A stretch of 64,000 nt of DNA from Vicugna vicugna (lineage: Eukaryota): NCBI GenBank assembly GCA_013265495.1, contig MU058584.1:3538508-3602507 (forward strand), read 5' to 3'. Positions 1-14,054 of this stretch are shown here, one piece after another. The position numbers and the translations under genes are program-made. Position 1 is the stretch's first letter, and the number at the start of each line of letters is the position of its first letter. The notes beneath the pieces are model-generated. The model was given only the letters and a program-made list of their open reading frames with translations, did no database searches and had not been told where the DNA came from.

Positions 1-3000
1 AGTTATTCTGAGAGTCACCCTCATAGGAGGTAGGAGCACCAGATCCGCTGAGAGGGTCATGAATCCCAGGTCGGAGAAGGAAGTCCTCTTCTCCCTCCCT
101 CTCCCCGAAGTCGACATCTCCATCTTCCTTCCAGTGTAGCACCAGAGGGACAGGTGGCTTCTCCCATCACAAACCGCCTCTTCCTCTCCCCCTTTTCTCC
201 CTGCCAACACCTATCAGCTCTCAGCAGCCTCCTCAGTTCCAAGCTGTTCCTTGCAATTCACTGATGAAATTCCTGTTTCTTTTGTAATTGTATTTTTACA
301 TGGTTCATGCTCTGATTCCAACCTTAAATCCAATCTTTGCAGAAGGACTATCACAGGGTGACAAGCTCCTTTCTGCTTGTCTCATTACTGAAACATTTAT
401 TCAGGGCTTCTTGGATGACATGAATGGCTGCCTTTGAGTGCTGCGATGACTTAATACACTACAACCGAAGGATTTAATTTCCTCTTCTGGTCTCCTTACT
501 TTAGCTCCCTACCTGAGTTTCTCCCTTATTTTGGATGCACAGCTGTGGCGGGGTTATCAGTGTTCCCTTGGGCCTATTCTAGACTCAGAGCCTGGGGCGT
601 AGATCATAGAAGGCGCCTTCAGCCCTGGGCCTGTATGGTTTGTCCAGATTCTGGCCAACTGGTTTCCTCATCATGGTGCCTGCTGCCTACAAAAGCAGCT
701 AAAAAATAAAATGGAGATGAAAGTTCTCAGGAAGGGCGGGGCATGATGAGAGCTTCAGTTTTCTTGGGGGTCCTGGCAAGGGATTGACATCCAGGATACT
801 TTATGAATTTCGGTAGAACAGTTGAGAAATATGCTGGACTCATCAGGGACCCCATGTATGAAAGCAGGGCCATGAGGGAGAAACCATGATGAAGAGACAA
901 GCATGATCTGGAGATGACACAAGAAATGAAGAATTCCAGACAGACACTTTCCTGCGGGTTTTTGTAAGGGGGCAAAATATCACTCAGGAGATGAGCACAG
1001 TGGGACGCTGAAGGAGATTTTTCCTTTTGTTCCAGAATAGGACCCAAAGAAGACAACATGCAAGATCAAGTGTTGGTACATTCTTAAGAGTCAGAAACAA
1101 TTACAGCCAGACACCTCTTAAGGCTTAAGAAAAGGCAGGCTGTCCTTGCTCAAACATTACTTGTTTATTGAACAATTTGAACTCAACAACATATAAACAT
1201 CAAACAAGTTTTTTTTCTGATCATTGTCTTTAATTCTGCTCTGTTGAATCTCCCTTTCTTTCCCTTTCTTGATCTCTCAGGCAAACCCCACAGTTTTCTA
1301 GTCATTTTCAATTATTAAAAAGTAGAAGCCAGTCCAATTTAAGATGCCCATCCCCTCTTCTCCCCTCTCTCCAGCTCAGGTTTGATTTATGCCCCTAATA
1401 ACTTAGAGGGGGGAAAAGCCTTATTCTCTCTTCCTATCCCAGTTCCAGCTTAATTGGGATTGAAAATTCAGAGGCAGGAATAAGAGAGACAGCAAGGGTC
1501 AGCCTAGTTTGCAGAGCATTGTACATAGAATGACCTTGGAATCGGTGAGTTTAGAGACAGACCAAGCCGTAAGGGATATCCAGAATTCAATTGCTTATTA
1601 ATTAATTAACAGGCCTGATTAGCTCTTACAGGTGTTAAGAGTTTTGTGGCCTAAGAGATAGAAAAAACTAAGCAAGAATCCATATAAATATCTTAAGGGC
1701 CAAATAAATACAAATCCAGTCAAGTGAAGAAGCAGGTATTTGGAGGGTTCAGAATTCCATGAGTGACCTGGGGCCTGGATGGTGTGGACTCCAAGAGCTA
1801 TGTACCCTTGCCCCTAAAACTGATCATCTTTCAGCCTCACCAGTTGAGAAGGTATCCTTCAAAGCTGTTGGATGACCAAATTATTTTATTAGTGAAAAAG
1901 TACTTTTTAGCCCCAAGATTGAGAATTAAGTATACAGATGATTAAGAGAATTTAACTCATAGTATAATATTTTTATAAGGAATCTGTATATATTTATATT
2001 TTAGGGATTTATATTGTTTAAGAGAATTTGACATATTAGAGTAGCAGGTTAATCTCTTGATTCTATTCAAAATAGTTAATGCAGGAATAAATCTGAACTT
2101 GTAACTTTAAGTGAAAATTTACTAAGGTTATTATTTGCATTAGAACATTTAAGAAGTCCTAAGCTTTACCTTTTTATAAGTTTAATTTATTAGATTGATG
2201 AGTTATTCAAGCATATGGGAAGGGTTTTTGTTGCTGTTGTTAAATTAGACACCTGGGGAACTTAAAAGGGAAACTACGTATATTTAATAATTTAACATAT
2301 AAATGCAACTTCAAATATTTGAAGGAGCTGAACTAAGTTTGTAAATGACGGTAAATGTTAACCAAAGCTTCTTAAAAAGCAATTGTTAATGATTGCTAGA
2401 ACTATAAATAGAATAATAAGATCTGTAGGCTGAACTTAAAAGCTTCAGAAAGAGCTGGATTCTTGAATAAATGGAATATTAACTTCAAAATCAAAGTAAT
2501 CTCTGAATAATTTTTTCTGTGCACCCAGTCTGCCCTTGACAGCCAACTGTCAGGGCCCTCTTTTGGCCACTGCTTCTCCCTGGCTCACGTTGATGGCCCC
2601 CTAAAGCCCTGTGAGTGGCAGGTCTGAATGCATCCTTTGGGGGCCCTGCATGGGAGTGAGGATGGGTGAGGGGGCTCCCCATTCCTTAGCTCTCCAACAT
2701 GGGACAGCTACCTCTGACTTGATATCTTCCAAGAATCTCCTGCAATACCTGGCTGCAAGGGCTGCCTCACTGGCAGCTCAGCCTTCTTAGTTGGTGTAAC
2801 AGCAAGATGTCTCAAACTTTGCTCAAAACTTCTGCAGTGTCTGCATGACTCACAGGAAATTCATGCATCCCTGCTGTGACCAACAATGGGAGCAGAGGCT
2901 GTTCTATCATCACCCTGCCCTACCTTCATGTTCATCACTCTCTTCCTCTGCTCAGATAGGCTCAGTGGCAAACTAGCAAATCTCCCCGTTAAGCAGATGT

Positions 3001-4939
3001 CCAGTTTGGGGATAATAAATCACGTTGCCCTTCCACAGGTACCTACAATTTCAACAAGTCATTTTCTTGGGACTGTCTCACATAGTCGGGAGTAGAGAAA
3101 GTAACCCACAAGCTTACAACTCATGACTTAACGACTCTGACAATCCCTCAGGTTTTGAAATAGACTGAAAGAGGTAGGTAGGTTCTGTACTGTTGGTTTG
3201 TGTTAGCAAAGAGGTTTAATCAGCCCAGGAGAGGTGTTTGGCCATTGTTGGAGGCCATCTCTACAACACACTTTCTTTGTCCAGTCTTGAGATCTGGTTG
3301 CCAACTTCTTGAGCAATATGAAACATTCCAGTCAGCATCCTATAACTCGGTTTATATCCCCAGCTCTTAGTAACCAAGCATTATAAACAGGAGATGAGAG
3401 GACATGTGAGGATCCAAACCTGACCTTTTCAAGGACTGGTGACTGCCAAACCTCGAAACCTGGGATAGTCTCATTAAGCGGAACTGGAGACACCACTGCC
3501 CTCCTAATTAGACCACTCAGGGTTTGGGAGCTCGCATACAGGCACATCCAGTCGTTGGACCCTGGGAGCAGACCTGGTTGCCCGATCATGCTCAGGTTTA
3601 CCTGAGCAGGACTTCTTTTTCAAGCATCCTTGGAACTGCCTTACCACCCAGAAGCAACAGTTGAAACCTGCTGTTATTACTGAACAATATTCTCCTGCTT
3701 TGCTGTACCAGTCCTCACTGCGTTCAGAGCCACAGCTGGACACCTGGCTGTGATGATGTTATGCCCAGGGATTCTGAGAAGGCTGTTTTCTTTTTATTCC
3801 AGGTGCTGTTTGTACCTTTTAAGTGCAACAGCTTTAGTACATCCACCCCACCCGCCCACCCAGGACAGTTAGGCACTGTTGGGAACGACAACAGTGACTG
3901 TTGATATAAAAGCAAGTTGACTAATAGTACATGTATTTATTGAGCACAAATTCAATGCTAGTGTTTTTATAAGTGCTTTACATGTAATTCATTTGGTTCT
4001 TATAACCACCCCACCTCCATGAGGTAGGTACACCCATTTTGTAGGTGAGTAAACTGAGGCAGAGTGAGGTTAAGTCTCATCCCCTAGATATAGCAGTCCT
4101 CATACTTTATCAGTATACCCCCAATATCTGAAATAACTGGGCTTTCTCTAGAGCTAGGGTGTTGATAGAGAATCTACTTGCCTCAAATACCTTCAGACAA
4201 TCCCATCTTGTAAATTGGAATTTATTAACAAGAATAAAACAAGCCTTCCTCACTTTATAACTACAGTATTCCTTATAGTAGAAAGATCCCCTTCAGATGC
4301 ACTGAGAAGGTAATTTAATTCTAAAGTTGATTAGTTCAAGTGCAATGTCAAGTCACTGAAGCTAAGTTGTCACTTTCACTCAGGTCCTTTCACTACTGCT
4401 TGGGGAACTGGAGTTAAAGAAATGTGAGCCAATAGCTTGCTGAAATCCAAGAGAGATTTGTGCCCGTTGAGTTTATTTTGTTGTTGTTGTTTAATGCATT
4501 ATCTTAGGACATTTCATTTCCATCTACATCCCCAACTTAAGAACTCTTGCTGTCATGTATTTTCATTTTCTCTGTATTACATACTCCATTAAACACTGTC
4601 TTTTTTTTAAAACTTTTTTGTTAGTTGTGTTTAGAACTATGGCAGTCAGAAGGCCATGACTGGGGCTGGCATAGTCAATAAAAACTTCACAATAAGATCA
4701 GCAAGTCTAGGGTGGGCATAAAGGGTGGGAACTGGACTCAAGGGAGTGCTAACAAAGAACTTTTTGGTTGTAAGCAGTGTTGAGCATGGCGGTTGCTTAG
4801 CCAGGGGAGCTGGGGGAAATTCGCTGTTACTCCTGACGAGACATATGGCAACTGAATGCACGATCCTTGTGCTGACAAGTGAGTAAGGTAGATGGTGCAG
4901 ACTCTGAACTGAACTCCCAGATTTGCTTGCTTGTTTGTT

Positions 4940-5440
4940 TGTTTTTAAATTGAGATACAATCGACCTATAACATCGTGTAAGTTTAAGATGTACAATTGT
5001 GAAAATTTAAGATGTGTTGATTTGGTTCATTTATATATTTGTTTTATTTCATTTTATTTTGAGTTATAGTCAGTTTACAATGTTGTGTCAATTTCCAGTG
5101 TAGAGCACAATTTTTCAGTTATACATGAACATACATTCTTTTTCACTGTGAGCTACCACAAGATCTTGTGTATATTTCCCTGTGCTATGCAGTATAATCT
5201 TGTTTATCTATTCTGTATATACCTGTAAGTATCTACACATTTCAAACTCCCAGTGTGTCCCTTCCCACCCCATTTATATATCTGTAATATGATCATCAAC
5301 ATAGCCTTGACTAACACTACTATCATATCACATAATTATTTTTTGTAATGAGAACAATAAAGATCTAGTCTCTTAGCAACTTTGAAGTTCATAATGTGGT
5401 TTTAGTGACTATAATTGCTATACTGTGCATTAGATCTCCA
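4940..5440 (-). mobile_element. Old L1 (L1MA/MB-type) 3' end interrupted by a younger L1 3' end (5039-5270)
   Basis: The inner element is flanked by TSD catttatatat (5028-5038, 5271-5281); the host sequence resumes after it and resembles 60170-60360. Confidence 0.85.
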
Positions 5441-5444
5441 GGGT

Positions 5445-5650
5445 GGACGGCTAGATTTGAACCCTGGCCCTTCCTCTTAGTAGCCATGTGATCTTGGGCA
5501 AATCTCTTGACCTCTCTGCCTCTGTTTCCTCACTTGTAAATTGTAGATAGCCTTTTTGGGTTGGAGGATTCAATATGCTAATGCATATAAAGTACTTATA
5601 ACAGTGCTTGGCACAGAGTAAATAATATACAAGTAGGTAGTTCTTATTGT
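5445..5650 (+). mobile_element. MIR SINE (representative; others at ~3.9, 8.4, 11.2, 16.8, 19.0, 20.2, 25.1, 26.8, 27.5, 46.4 and 49.2 kb)
   Basis: tgtgatcttgggcaaatctcttgacctctctgcctctgtttcctcacttgtaaa MIR core. Confidence 0.8.
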
Positions 5651-5897
5651 TAAAGATAATTGTTTAAAAATATCACTGGTTACTGCATTTGAAAATCTCT
5701 AGCAGTAACATAGATGCTGGTGAGTTGAATATTTTGGAATGGTCCATCTGATATTGCAGGCATTCACTGTAACTGATGTCCTAATGGCCAGTCCTGCAGT
5801 TCTAGGACTTTGGGCATTTGGAGCTTCCCTTTCTTGGCGCTTCAAGGTGAAGCTTAGAGACAAGTGCTTCCTAGATGGACTCAGTTACTCAAGGCTA

Positions 5898-5916
5898 TGG
5901 CGCCCTCTAGTGTATG
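5898..5916 (-). promoter_or_regulatory. CTCF motif
   Basis: Reverse complement CATACACTAGAGGGCGCCA; the CpG is retained. Confidence 0.55.
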
Positions 5917-6945
5917 ATGAATATTAATGTTTTCAAATTCTCCCCAGCACCTGAGAAAAATCTGAGCAACGAGGAGCAGAGATCACCCCACTGATCAGGT
6001 CTGCTGGGAAAATCAGGCTGGTAGAATCAACCTCTGTGAATCAATTTTGAGACCTCAGTATACATCTAACATCCTGGTCTCTTCACCATCAGCAGCAGCA
6101 ATGGCTGGTTAAGAGGTTCTCTATCTGTGACGGACTTCGCACTGTCAAATGCTTTCTCTGTGTTGTTGACAATGTGGGAGAGGGACACCATGGTCATGTG
6201 TCAGCCCGCAAAAGATATGCAGACAGACAAACCCCAAAAAAGTGCTGAGACTAAACAAAGTCCAGACATTGTTCTTGCAAGTATGTAACTGAATTTAAGT
6301 GGGAAACAGGACTGACAATGACTCTATGGGGGTTTTAAAAGGAAGAGTCCAAGGAGAACTCTTTCTGGACAACATAAAAGGTTACACGCAGGAGGCAACA
6401 TGTCAAAAGCTGTTTGGATAACTGAAGATAGACAGAATTGTTTGCTGTAGGATGGATGGGAGTGGGGAGTGCACAGGTTGAGGTGTGGGTAAGCTGAGAG
6501 TTAATGAACAGTTCCCTGCTTTTGAGTGGTGAACATCATTCTTCCTGAATACATTCTTTACTGTGCTGGTTCTCATGACATTAGAGGTGACAGGAAAAAC
6601 CAGGATGGAGCAGGAGGAAGAGTGAAGTTTCCCTTTCTCTTTGTTGCTAGACTAGGATTAAAGAATGAGAGAAGCAGGTTGGCCAAGCACAAGCAAGTCT
6701 GCCTTTGAGCTGACTAGGGTTCTTGTGTGGGACCTGGGGTCCCTTATGGCCTGGACACTTCTCCTGAATGCTTTTCCTTCCTGTGAATGGGATGTGCTTC
6801 CTCCCCCACATACACCTGGATACAAGGTGCAATGACTGTTGCTTTATCTAGACACCTTGACTGAGGATGGTGTTGCCAATAAGACCACCCTTCCTTCTTT
6901 ACTGCCATTTTAACAATATTCACCAACACCATGGGAGACACTGCA

Positions 6946-6985
<40 letters not shown>

Positions 6986-7000
6986 TATGTGTGTGTGTGT
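6946..7000. repeat. Compound (TC)n(TG)n microsatellite
   Basis: Direct reading. Confidence 0.95.
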
Positions 7001-7354
7001 TTGAGAAGGGATGTCAAAACTTACCATACACCATGAATTCTAAGATGAAGGGTATTTTATTCACATTCTCTCAACTCTGAAGTTGAGATACTTTTTACAT
7101 TTAACATTGCATTTTGTAATTTAATTGGTAGCATTTTTATTTCTTTAGTAGTATATAAAGTAATAACAAAATTGAAATTTCTTATAATCATTGATATATT
7201 GATGATTCTAATTGATGAAAGGCATTTTTTTTAACCTATTTAAGTCCAAATCCTTTCCAGAAGTCTGCTTTTCTGAAGTCCACTCCAAAATTTCCAAGTG
7301 CAAATTTTATTCTTCTGAATTATTGCATCTCAGATCAAAGGCATTGCTATTTTT

Positions 7355-7830
7355 AGTGGATGCCATGTTGATCTGCCCAGGTCATCCCCTCCAGGATTGA
7401 AGCAATGGACACCTTTTTGGTCAACAACTCTCTGATGAAGAGAACTGCTTCCTGAGACTTAATCCCCATCCTGGAGCCAGGCTCCATCCAATGGCTGGTT
7501 GATGTGTGGATACAAAAGTTTAGCCTCTTCCCTTAATTTGGGTTAACTTTTAAGGGCTATCCAACTCCAGAGCATCCTGCAAGATTGGTTGAGACCTTTG
7601 TTGCAATTGCTTTGCAATTCGACTTCTCCCTTGGCCCAATCGAGCTTCCTTTTCTCACTCAAAGTGTTAATTCCAAGAGCATTTCCCTGGATGCTCAGCC
7701 CCATCACAGAACCTACTTCTCAGGGAATCAACCTGCAACCATTGGTACCAGGAGCAGTCAAGGAAATTCTAATATGGGATTTTGGAGCTGGATCACTTGT
7801 GGGTGGGCTAACAATTGGATAAGCATCTAG
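7355..7830 (+). mobile_element. ERVL LTR16-type LTR with start of internal sequence
   Basis: catccaatggctggttgatg...ctccagagc...gggaatcaacctgcaac followed by tggtaccaggag; a related fragment lies at ~8080-8330. Confidence 0.65.
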
Positions 7831-8819
7831 ATCACTATTCCAGGTAAACCACATTCACTAACAGAAGGTGAAGGGTCTCTAGAATGGGGGAGGTGGAAGT
7901 GAAATATGATGAGCATGGGTTGCAGCCTCAAGAAAAACTGCAGTAGCAGGGGCTGAAGTTTATGTCACTGATCTTCCTCTTATAAGTTCCTACCAGAAAA
8001 AGAGGTCCAACAAAATCCTGGTGGAGCTTTTCTGAGAAGCTACTAAATGAAGCAAGAGGATACAGACAGCACAGAGAGGACTTCACTGGATGCTGTAGTG
8101 CATTCCCCAGTATCCCCTCCAGAACTGAGGCACTCATTTTCCCAGCTGCTGGGGATGCTGGTGGCCAACAGCTCTCATCTGAGTCCTTCCTGAAGACTTG
8201 CCCTCAGCTGAAGAGAGCCTCCTTGCCTAGGGTCAAGTACGAGGTCACAACGCCTCCAGTGATTGTTCAGTGTTGGGTAAATGCCTCGCCTCTTCCCTCC
8301 AGTTTGGGACACCTCTGAGGACCATGTTTAGCTAGACTAGCTTCTTATTACATAGAAAAATTTTATTAATTTTAGGCTTTTGAGTGAGCTTGGCAAAAAC
8401 AGTATATCATGATGGTCGAGGGCAGAAATTTAGAACAGCCTACACTAGGTTCGAGTTACATTACTTGTTGTGCCACAGACTCCTATCTGAAAATGAGGTT
8501 GATGATAATATTTTCAACTCATGGGGAGATTATAAACTTTAACTTTGTAAGAGTGGTATCATAATCTCTAGACATACAGTGGCAATCGGTCTATGATAGA
8601 TATTATGATTATTGTTGTTGTTGTTGTTAATTATTTATCCTGCCGTAATTCTAGGACATAGCCTCCCTAATTCTCCCAGCTGGGCCAGCCAGAGTCCCTA
8701 CCTTTCCTTGTAGAGCTGAGTGAAGTTTCTTAATCCTCTCAGTAGTAAGGTCTCAGTGAAGGATTTTAGATGTATTTTTTTAATTCTTATTTTGTCGTAA
8801 GATTCCATTACGGTAGTGA

Positions 8820-9650
8820 AAATTCAACCCATAAGGAGGAAGAAAGTATTTACTGTACTTATACCTAACAAAGGCTTGTATCAGAGCATATAAAGAACTC
8901 TCTCAGGTTAATAAGGAGGAAAAAAAAACAGTCAATGCAATAGAAAAGTGGACAAAAGACCAGAACAGAACACATCCGCTAGAATGGCTGAGTTGAAAGA
9001 CACCAAGTGTTGGAGGATATAGAGCAGCTGGAACTCTCCATAGTGCTGATATTAATGTGAAACAGTGGATTTGTGTTGGGGAACCGGCAGAACCTACTTC
9101 AGCAGAGCACATGCATCCCCCAGTGACCCAGCCATCCCACCCATAAGCACCTGCCCAAAGAAACACGTACATGTTTCCACCAAAAACACATGAGAACAGG
9201 CATAGTAGCACTATGTGTAACAGCCGAAAGATGGCAAAATACCCTTCAACATTAGAATGGATAAACACACTGTAGTGTAAACACACAGCAAAATGCTCTA
9301 CAGCAGTGAGAACGAATAATCAACAAGTCTATAAAACAATCATGAGCTCTCATGACCTTAATGTTGAGAGAAAAAAACATATAAAACATACATACTATAG
9401 AATTTAATTTTTGTAAAGTACGTGTCAGACAAAATTAACCTGTGCTGTTAGAAGTAAGAGGATGACAGCCTTGAGGATTCTGGTGACTAAAAGGGAGAAA
9501 AGTGTTGGCTTCTGGGTGCTGGTAATGTTCTGTTTTTTCTTAACTGGGTGTTAATTACATGGCTGTGTTTGGTGTGTGAAAATTCATTGAGGTTTATACC
9601 TATGTGCACTTTTATGCATGTATTTGTGCTTTAATAAACAGTTAAAAATA
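8820..9650 (+). mobile_element. Ancient L1 (L1MC/ME-type) 3' region
   Basis: Degenerate ORF2 end (caatagaaaagtggacaaaagac, gcagctggaactctc) and 3' UTR. Confidence 0.75.
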
Positions 9651-12546
9651 TATCATTTATACATTATATATAACTCCAGCAAACCACATTTCCTTGGCTT
9701 CTAGAATGTTCATCCCTTGCAGAAAAACAAGGTGGAAGCTGAATTATATTATCATCATCATTGCCAAAGAAACACATCTGAGAGGTTGGCATGTTTGAGG
9801 TTGAGGGTGGGAGGCAGGAGAAGAATCCTTAAAAAGGTAAATAGAAAGATCAAGGGCAAGGTTGTGGATGTCACTGAACTCAGTGCTTTGTTCTAATTTC
9901 TCGGATCCACCTGGGTTTCTCTAGCCCTGGAGCGCTAAGCCAAGGGCTTATTTTGACCGCTGTCATTGACATATGCAAACAGGCTAAAAGCTTTCCTCTG
10001 GCTTTCCCAAACATGTTAGCAAAGCTGAGTTATGAGCAGCAATTTATTTTTATCAACTTTTTAAAGCTGAATAGCATGGAGGATGTTGATGATGACAGCA
10101 TGTTGATGAGCCAAGTTACATATCAGGCTTGGGTGTGACTTGGAGAAGGAAAAGGTACCCAGAGGAAACACTCCATAGACCATCCTATTGTGGAAAATTC
10201 CCTCTCACCACCTTTTAATCATCTTCATCCTCTTAGCTGTTATCAAGGACTAGTTACTGTTCTTCCTCCCCATCTCCAAGATTCCTGGTTTCTACAACTC
10301 CTATTTCTACATTTAAAAAAAACCCCACATATATGTGACAGCAGTTATTAGTGACCAAAAGCTGAAGTGTCAATCTCTTGAAAACAAGACTTCCAGTCCC
10401 CTCTGCAGGAGCTCTGTTTCAACCCACAGATTCTGCAATGAACTTCTTGTGTCCACAGCTGACTTCAGCAACACCTGCACTTTCATTTATATTATCTTTG
10501 TGAATTTGTCCAATGACATTCAATGTTTCAAAATTTTTACTGCTAAAAAGTGTATCTGTAAAAGAAAGATTCTTTCAGCATAGTTTTTAAGATCCAAGTA
10601 TTAGACCAGGAAAAGGTGGGCTATTTCCTTCTTTTTGAGCCCTGGTCTTGGAGGCAGCTACTTTTATGTGAAAGTCACAACAAAGTATGTCATGGTGGCT
10701 CTATGCTCCTCACCGGATCTCACAAAAGCAGCCATCAGAATTCTTAAAAGATCACTTTGAAAATAGCTAATCCACCATATTTCTAACAAAGAGCTCCTGA
10801 TTGTATTTTTTGAAATTTCTATATGAAGTCATTGCCTCAAAGGCATCAGACTTGGAAAGATATCACTCAGATGCCATCATACCTGCATCATTCCTCCCAA
10901 AGCATCCTTATCACTTATCCAAAGCTTAATTTCCCAAACCCACCACTGAATTCGAATGATATCCATCAAATCTTTCGTGTTTCTCTTCCATGCATGGCCA
11001 AGAGAGCTGGGAATTTTAAGGAGACAGACTTGGTGTTTTGAGTTTAATTCTGGGAATGGTAATTTTCTTAGTCTCTCACTCAGATTTTTTTAAAATCACT
11101 GTTGTAAACAGGATTCTTTACTGGAATCTAGACGAAATACAAGAGGAGCAACATAGTGGCAAGAGCATGTCTTAAGCAACAGGAGGCCTGAATCTTGTCC
11201 TGGCTCCTCTTCTCATGAATAATGTGATCTTAAATCAGTCTTTTCACTCCTGTAGACTTTAGTAACTCTTTTTGGAAAATATGGAAAACTCTATCTACCC
11301 CTCGTCACATTTTTTGAGAATCTCATGATATGTGTGAAAGTGACTTATAAGCTGGATATTTCTAACCAAATAAAGAGGGACTGTTAATATTATGTATGCT
11401 TGTCTCACCAGGTCCTAGCTCCTTCACTATCATTTCTGCCTCCATCACTTCCTAGGGAGAAAAACTGATTATAGCTGAGACAAAAAGGGAGCACTAGGAA
11501 ATTCTGATCTCAGTCTTTTTGCTCTATTTCCACTCCAGGTCATTCAACAATATTAAAGTCTGAGCTTTAATCCTAAACAGCATGATCCCAGGGGAAAGGA
11601 AAAATCTCTTTTGTCTTTAATTTAATTGCTTGTCAGAGAGCCAAGACGTGGCCACCCCATAGTGATGGGAATTTAAGAATCCATATTCTTAGAGTCACAC
11701 TTTCCCCCAAACAGCCCAAACATCCATTAACACAGGCCTCCTGGTCTCTATAATTGGGGAGACTCGAAATGAGACTTATGTAATTGCTAAGTGATATTCT
11801 CTGAAACTTTCAGGGCCATGAATTCCCTGTGTTTCAGGACACTGCGTGTTGTTGTGATGTAACATTTATTTTAACGGCCCCAGAGAGGCACTGAGCAATA
11901 GCGCAGCAAATTAACACCATCTTCCTGCTTGCCTGAAACTATAAGGGGCGATTTGAACCGCATTTGGTGTTTATAATCATTTTCTAATCTGATTTGCAGA
12001 AATGAAACAATTATTAGGTATGTAGATAACATATACATCTTAAAAAGAGAGTTTGATTATTTTTAAAAGGCCTGCATACGCCTACATTGGTCACTGGTGA
12101 AGGGAAGAAGGACTACCTCTGCTTCGACTCTCTGTTGACTATCAGGGGAAGGTGGCATAGGGCTTCAGGAGAGTAACTGAGAAAGAAGACAGATTTTCTA
12201 TATATACTCCTCTCAGGAGTAGAGACAGAAGCTCACTTTGGTCATTGGGATGTGTAAGCACTTTACCCACTGTGGTCTATGCTTGGCCTTCCAAAGACTT
12301 AGATCAACTGAAGTCCATTCCAGAACAACCTCTGATAGGGAGCTGCCTTTAGAAATGATTAAGCCTTTCAATAGCTTGCCATGCTGAGATGGTGGAGCGA
12401 CCAGATAACAGTGTCCGGGTCACTGAGTCTTCACACTGAGGGCAGCTGTTCTGTAGAACTGCCTGATACTGCAGCTACCTTTGCATGAACAGGAAATACA
12501 TCTTTGTTGCCAAAATCTCGGGGGTTGTTTGTTACAGCAGCACAAC

Positions 12547-12914
12547 TGTGTTCGTCTGCTCAAACTGACATAATAAAATACAGACTGAGTATCTTAAACA
12601 AGGGAATTTTCTTTTCTCACAGTTCTGGAGGTTGGAAAGTCCCAGATCAATGTTCTGCTGGCTGATTCAGTTTTGGGGGAGAACTCTCTACTTAGCTTTC
12701 AGGTGGCCACCTTCTCTCTGTGTCTTCAGAGAGAGAGAGAGAGGAAAGGAGAGAGTTTTCTAGTCTCCCCTTATAAGTGCACTAATTCCATCCTAAGGAC
12801 CCCATCTTCATGAATTCATCTAAACCAAATCTTCTAAAGTTTGCATCTCCAGATACAATCACATTAGGGCTTCAATACATGGACGTTGGGGGAACCACAG
12901 TTCAGTCCATAGCA
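12547..12914 (-). mobile_element. MaLR MLT1A-type solo LTR nested in an older MLT1 LTR (~12100-12940)
   Basis: tg...ca ends; tctcacagttctggagg, gggcttcaatacatgg, ttcagtccatagca. The host 3' end resumes as ataatctagcttgttctgactaat. Confidence 0.8.
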
Positions 12915-14018
12915 ATAATCTAGCTTGTTCTGACTAATTCTGTAATGATTTGGGGATTTCTTAGCATCTTCATGCCCCCAGGGTATAAGAAAATTTCAAC
13001 ATCAGCTTTATCTCGGCAGCTATTACCCTTTCTTCTTTGGCTATGCTGGAGATGACCTTCGTGAAACTTCTCCTGTGTTGTGTTCAAGGAAGCATATCAG
13101 TAACTGTCTCTTAAAGTTTCTGAATTTCCTAATGTCACGCTCTCTGGATTTTACCATCATGCCTCCTCCCCTGGGCTCTGCTCAAGTGGAGACAGCTAGG
13201 ACACACATGTCTAACCAATTCCCACTCTCTTTCTTCTCTCAATAATCAACTAGGATGGATAAAATGAGATTTCCACTTTCTTTTCCTCCCTCACAGGATT
13301 GCCCTGTCACATTCCTCTTCTTTCCAAGGAGGTTTTTGTTTTGCTCTCTTTCCCTGGGCCGTGGGGGCAGTTGCAGAGAGAGAAAAACTGCCTTATTGGT
13401 GAGGGAAAATAGAAATATGGCATCCATATTTCCATTATGTGTTTATTAGTGGAATTATTTTATTAATATTACATTCACTATTAAGTGATGAGGTACATGA
13501 GGGGAGGGGTTGGGTCTATTGTTCTCACACTGGATCCCTGGACTAGTGAGTACATTGCCTAACACAGAAAAGAGGAGCTACACTCATCCTTCAGAATGGA
13601 GATGATCCTACACCGGGCAGATGTTCCTGACTTCATGTTTCACTCTCCTTTCCAATGCATCCTTCAGACTTCTTCTCCAATGCTTGGCTCCAATGCTACT
13701 TCATCCATGAGCTGATCAGTTAGAATAAATAACAGATAAGACTGTGACAACACTTTTCTCATTCTATCTTGATTTAATTGTTTCTATGATTATTTCCTTG
13801 ACTAGGCATGGAGGGCAGACCCCTGCATTATTAAGCATTGTGTATCCCTCCCTCTCCTTACTATTTCAATGGTGCCAGGTTCATTGATTCTAGTAGGTGT
13901 TTGACAAACATTGGTTAAATTACAATGAACTCCAATTCTCATTCTCTCTCTCTCTCTTTTTAACTTCTTGGGAATAGATCCCATAGAATTCTGCACTATT
14001 TCTACATCAGATTCATCA

Positions 14019-14021
<3 letters not shown>

Positions 14022-14053
<32 letters not shown>

Positions 14054-14054
14054 T
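14022..14054. repeat. (TG)n microsatellite
   Basis: Direct reading. Confidence 0.95.
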
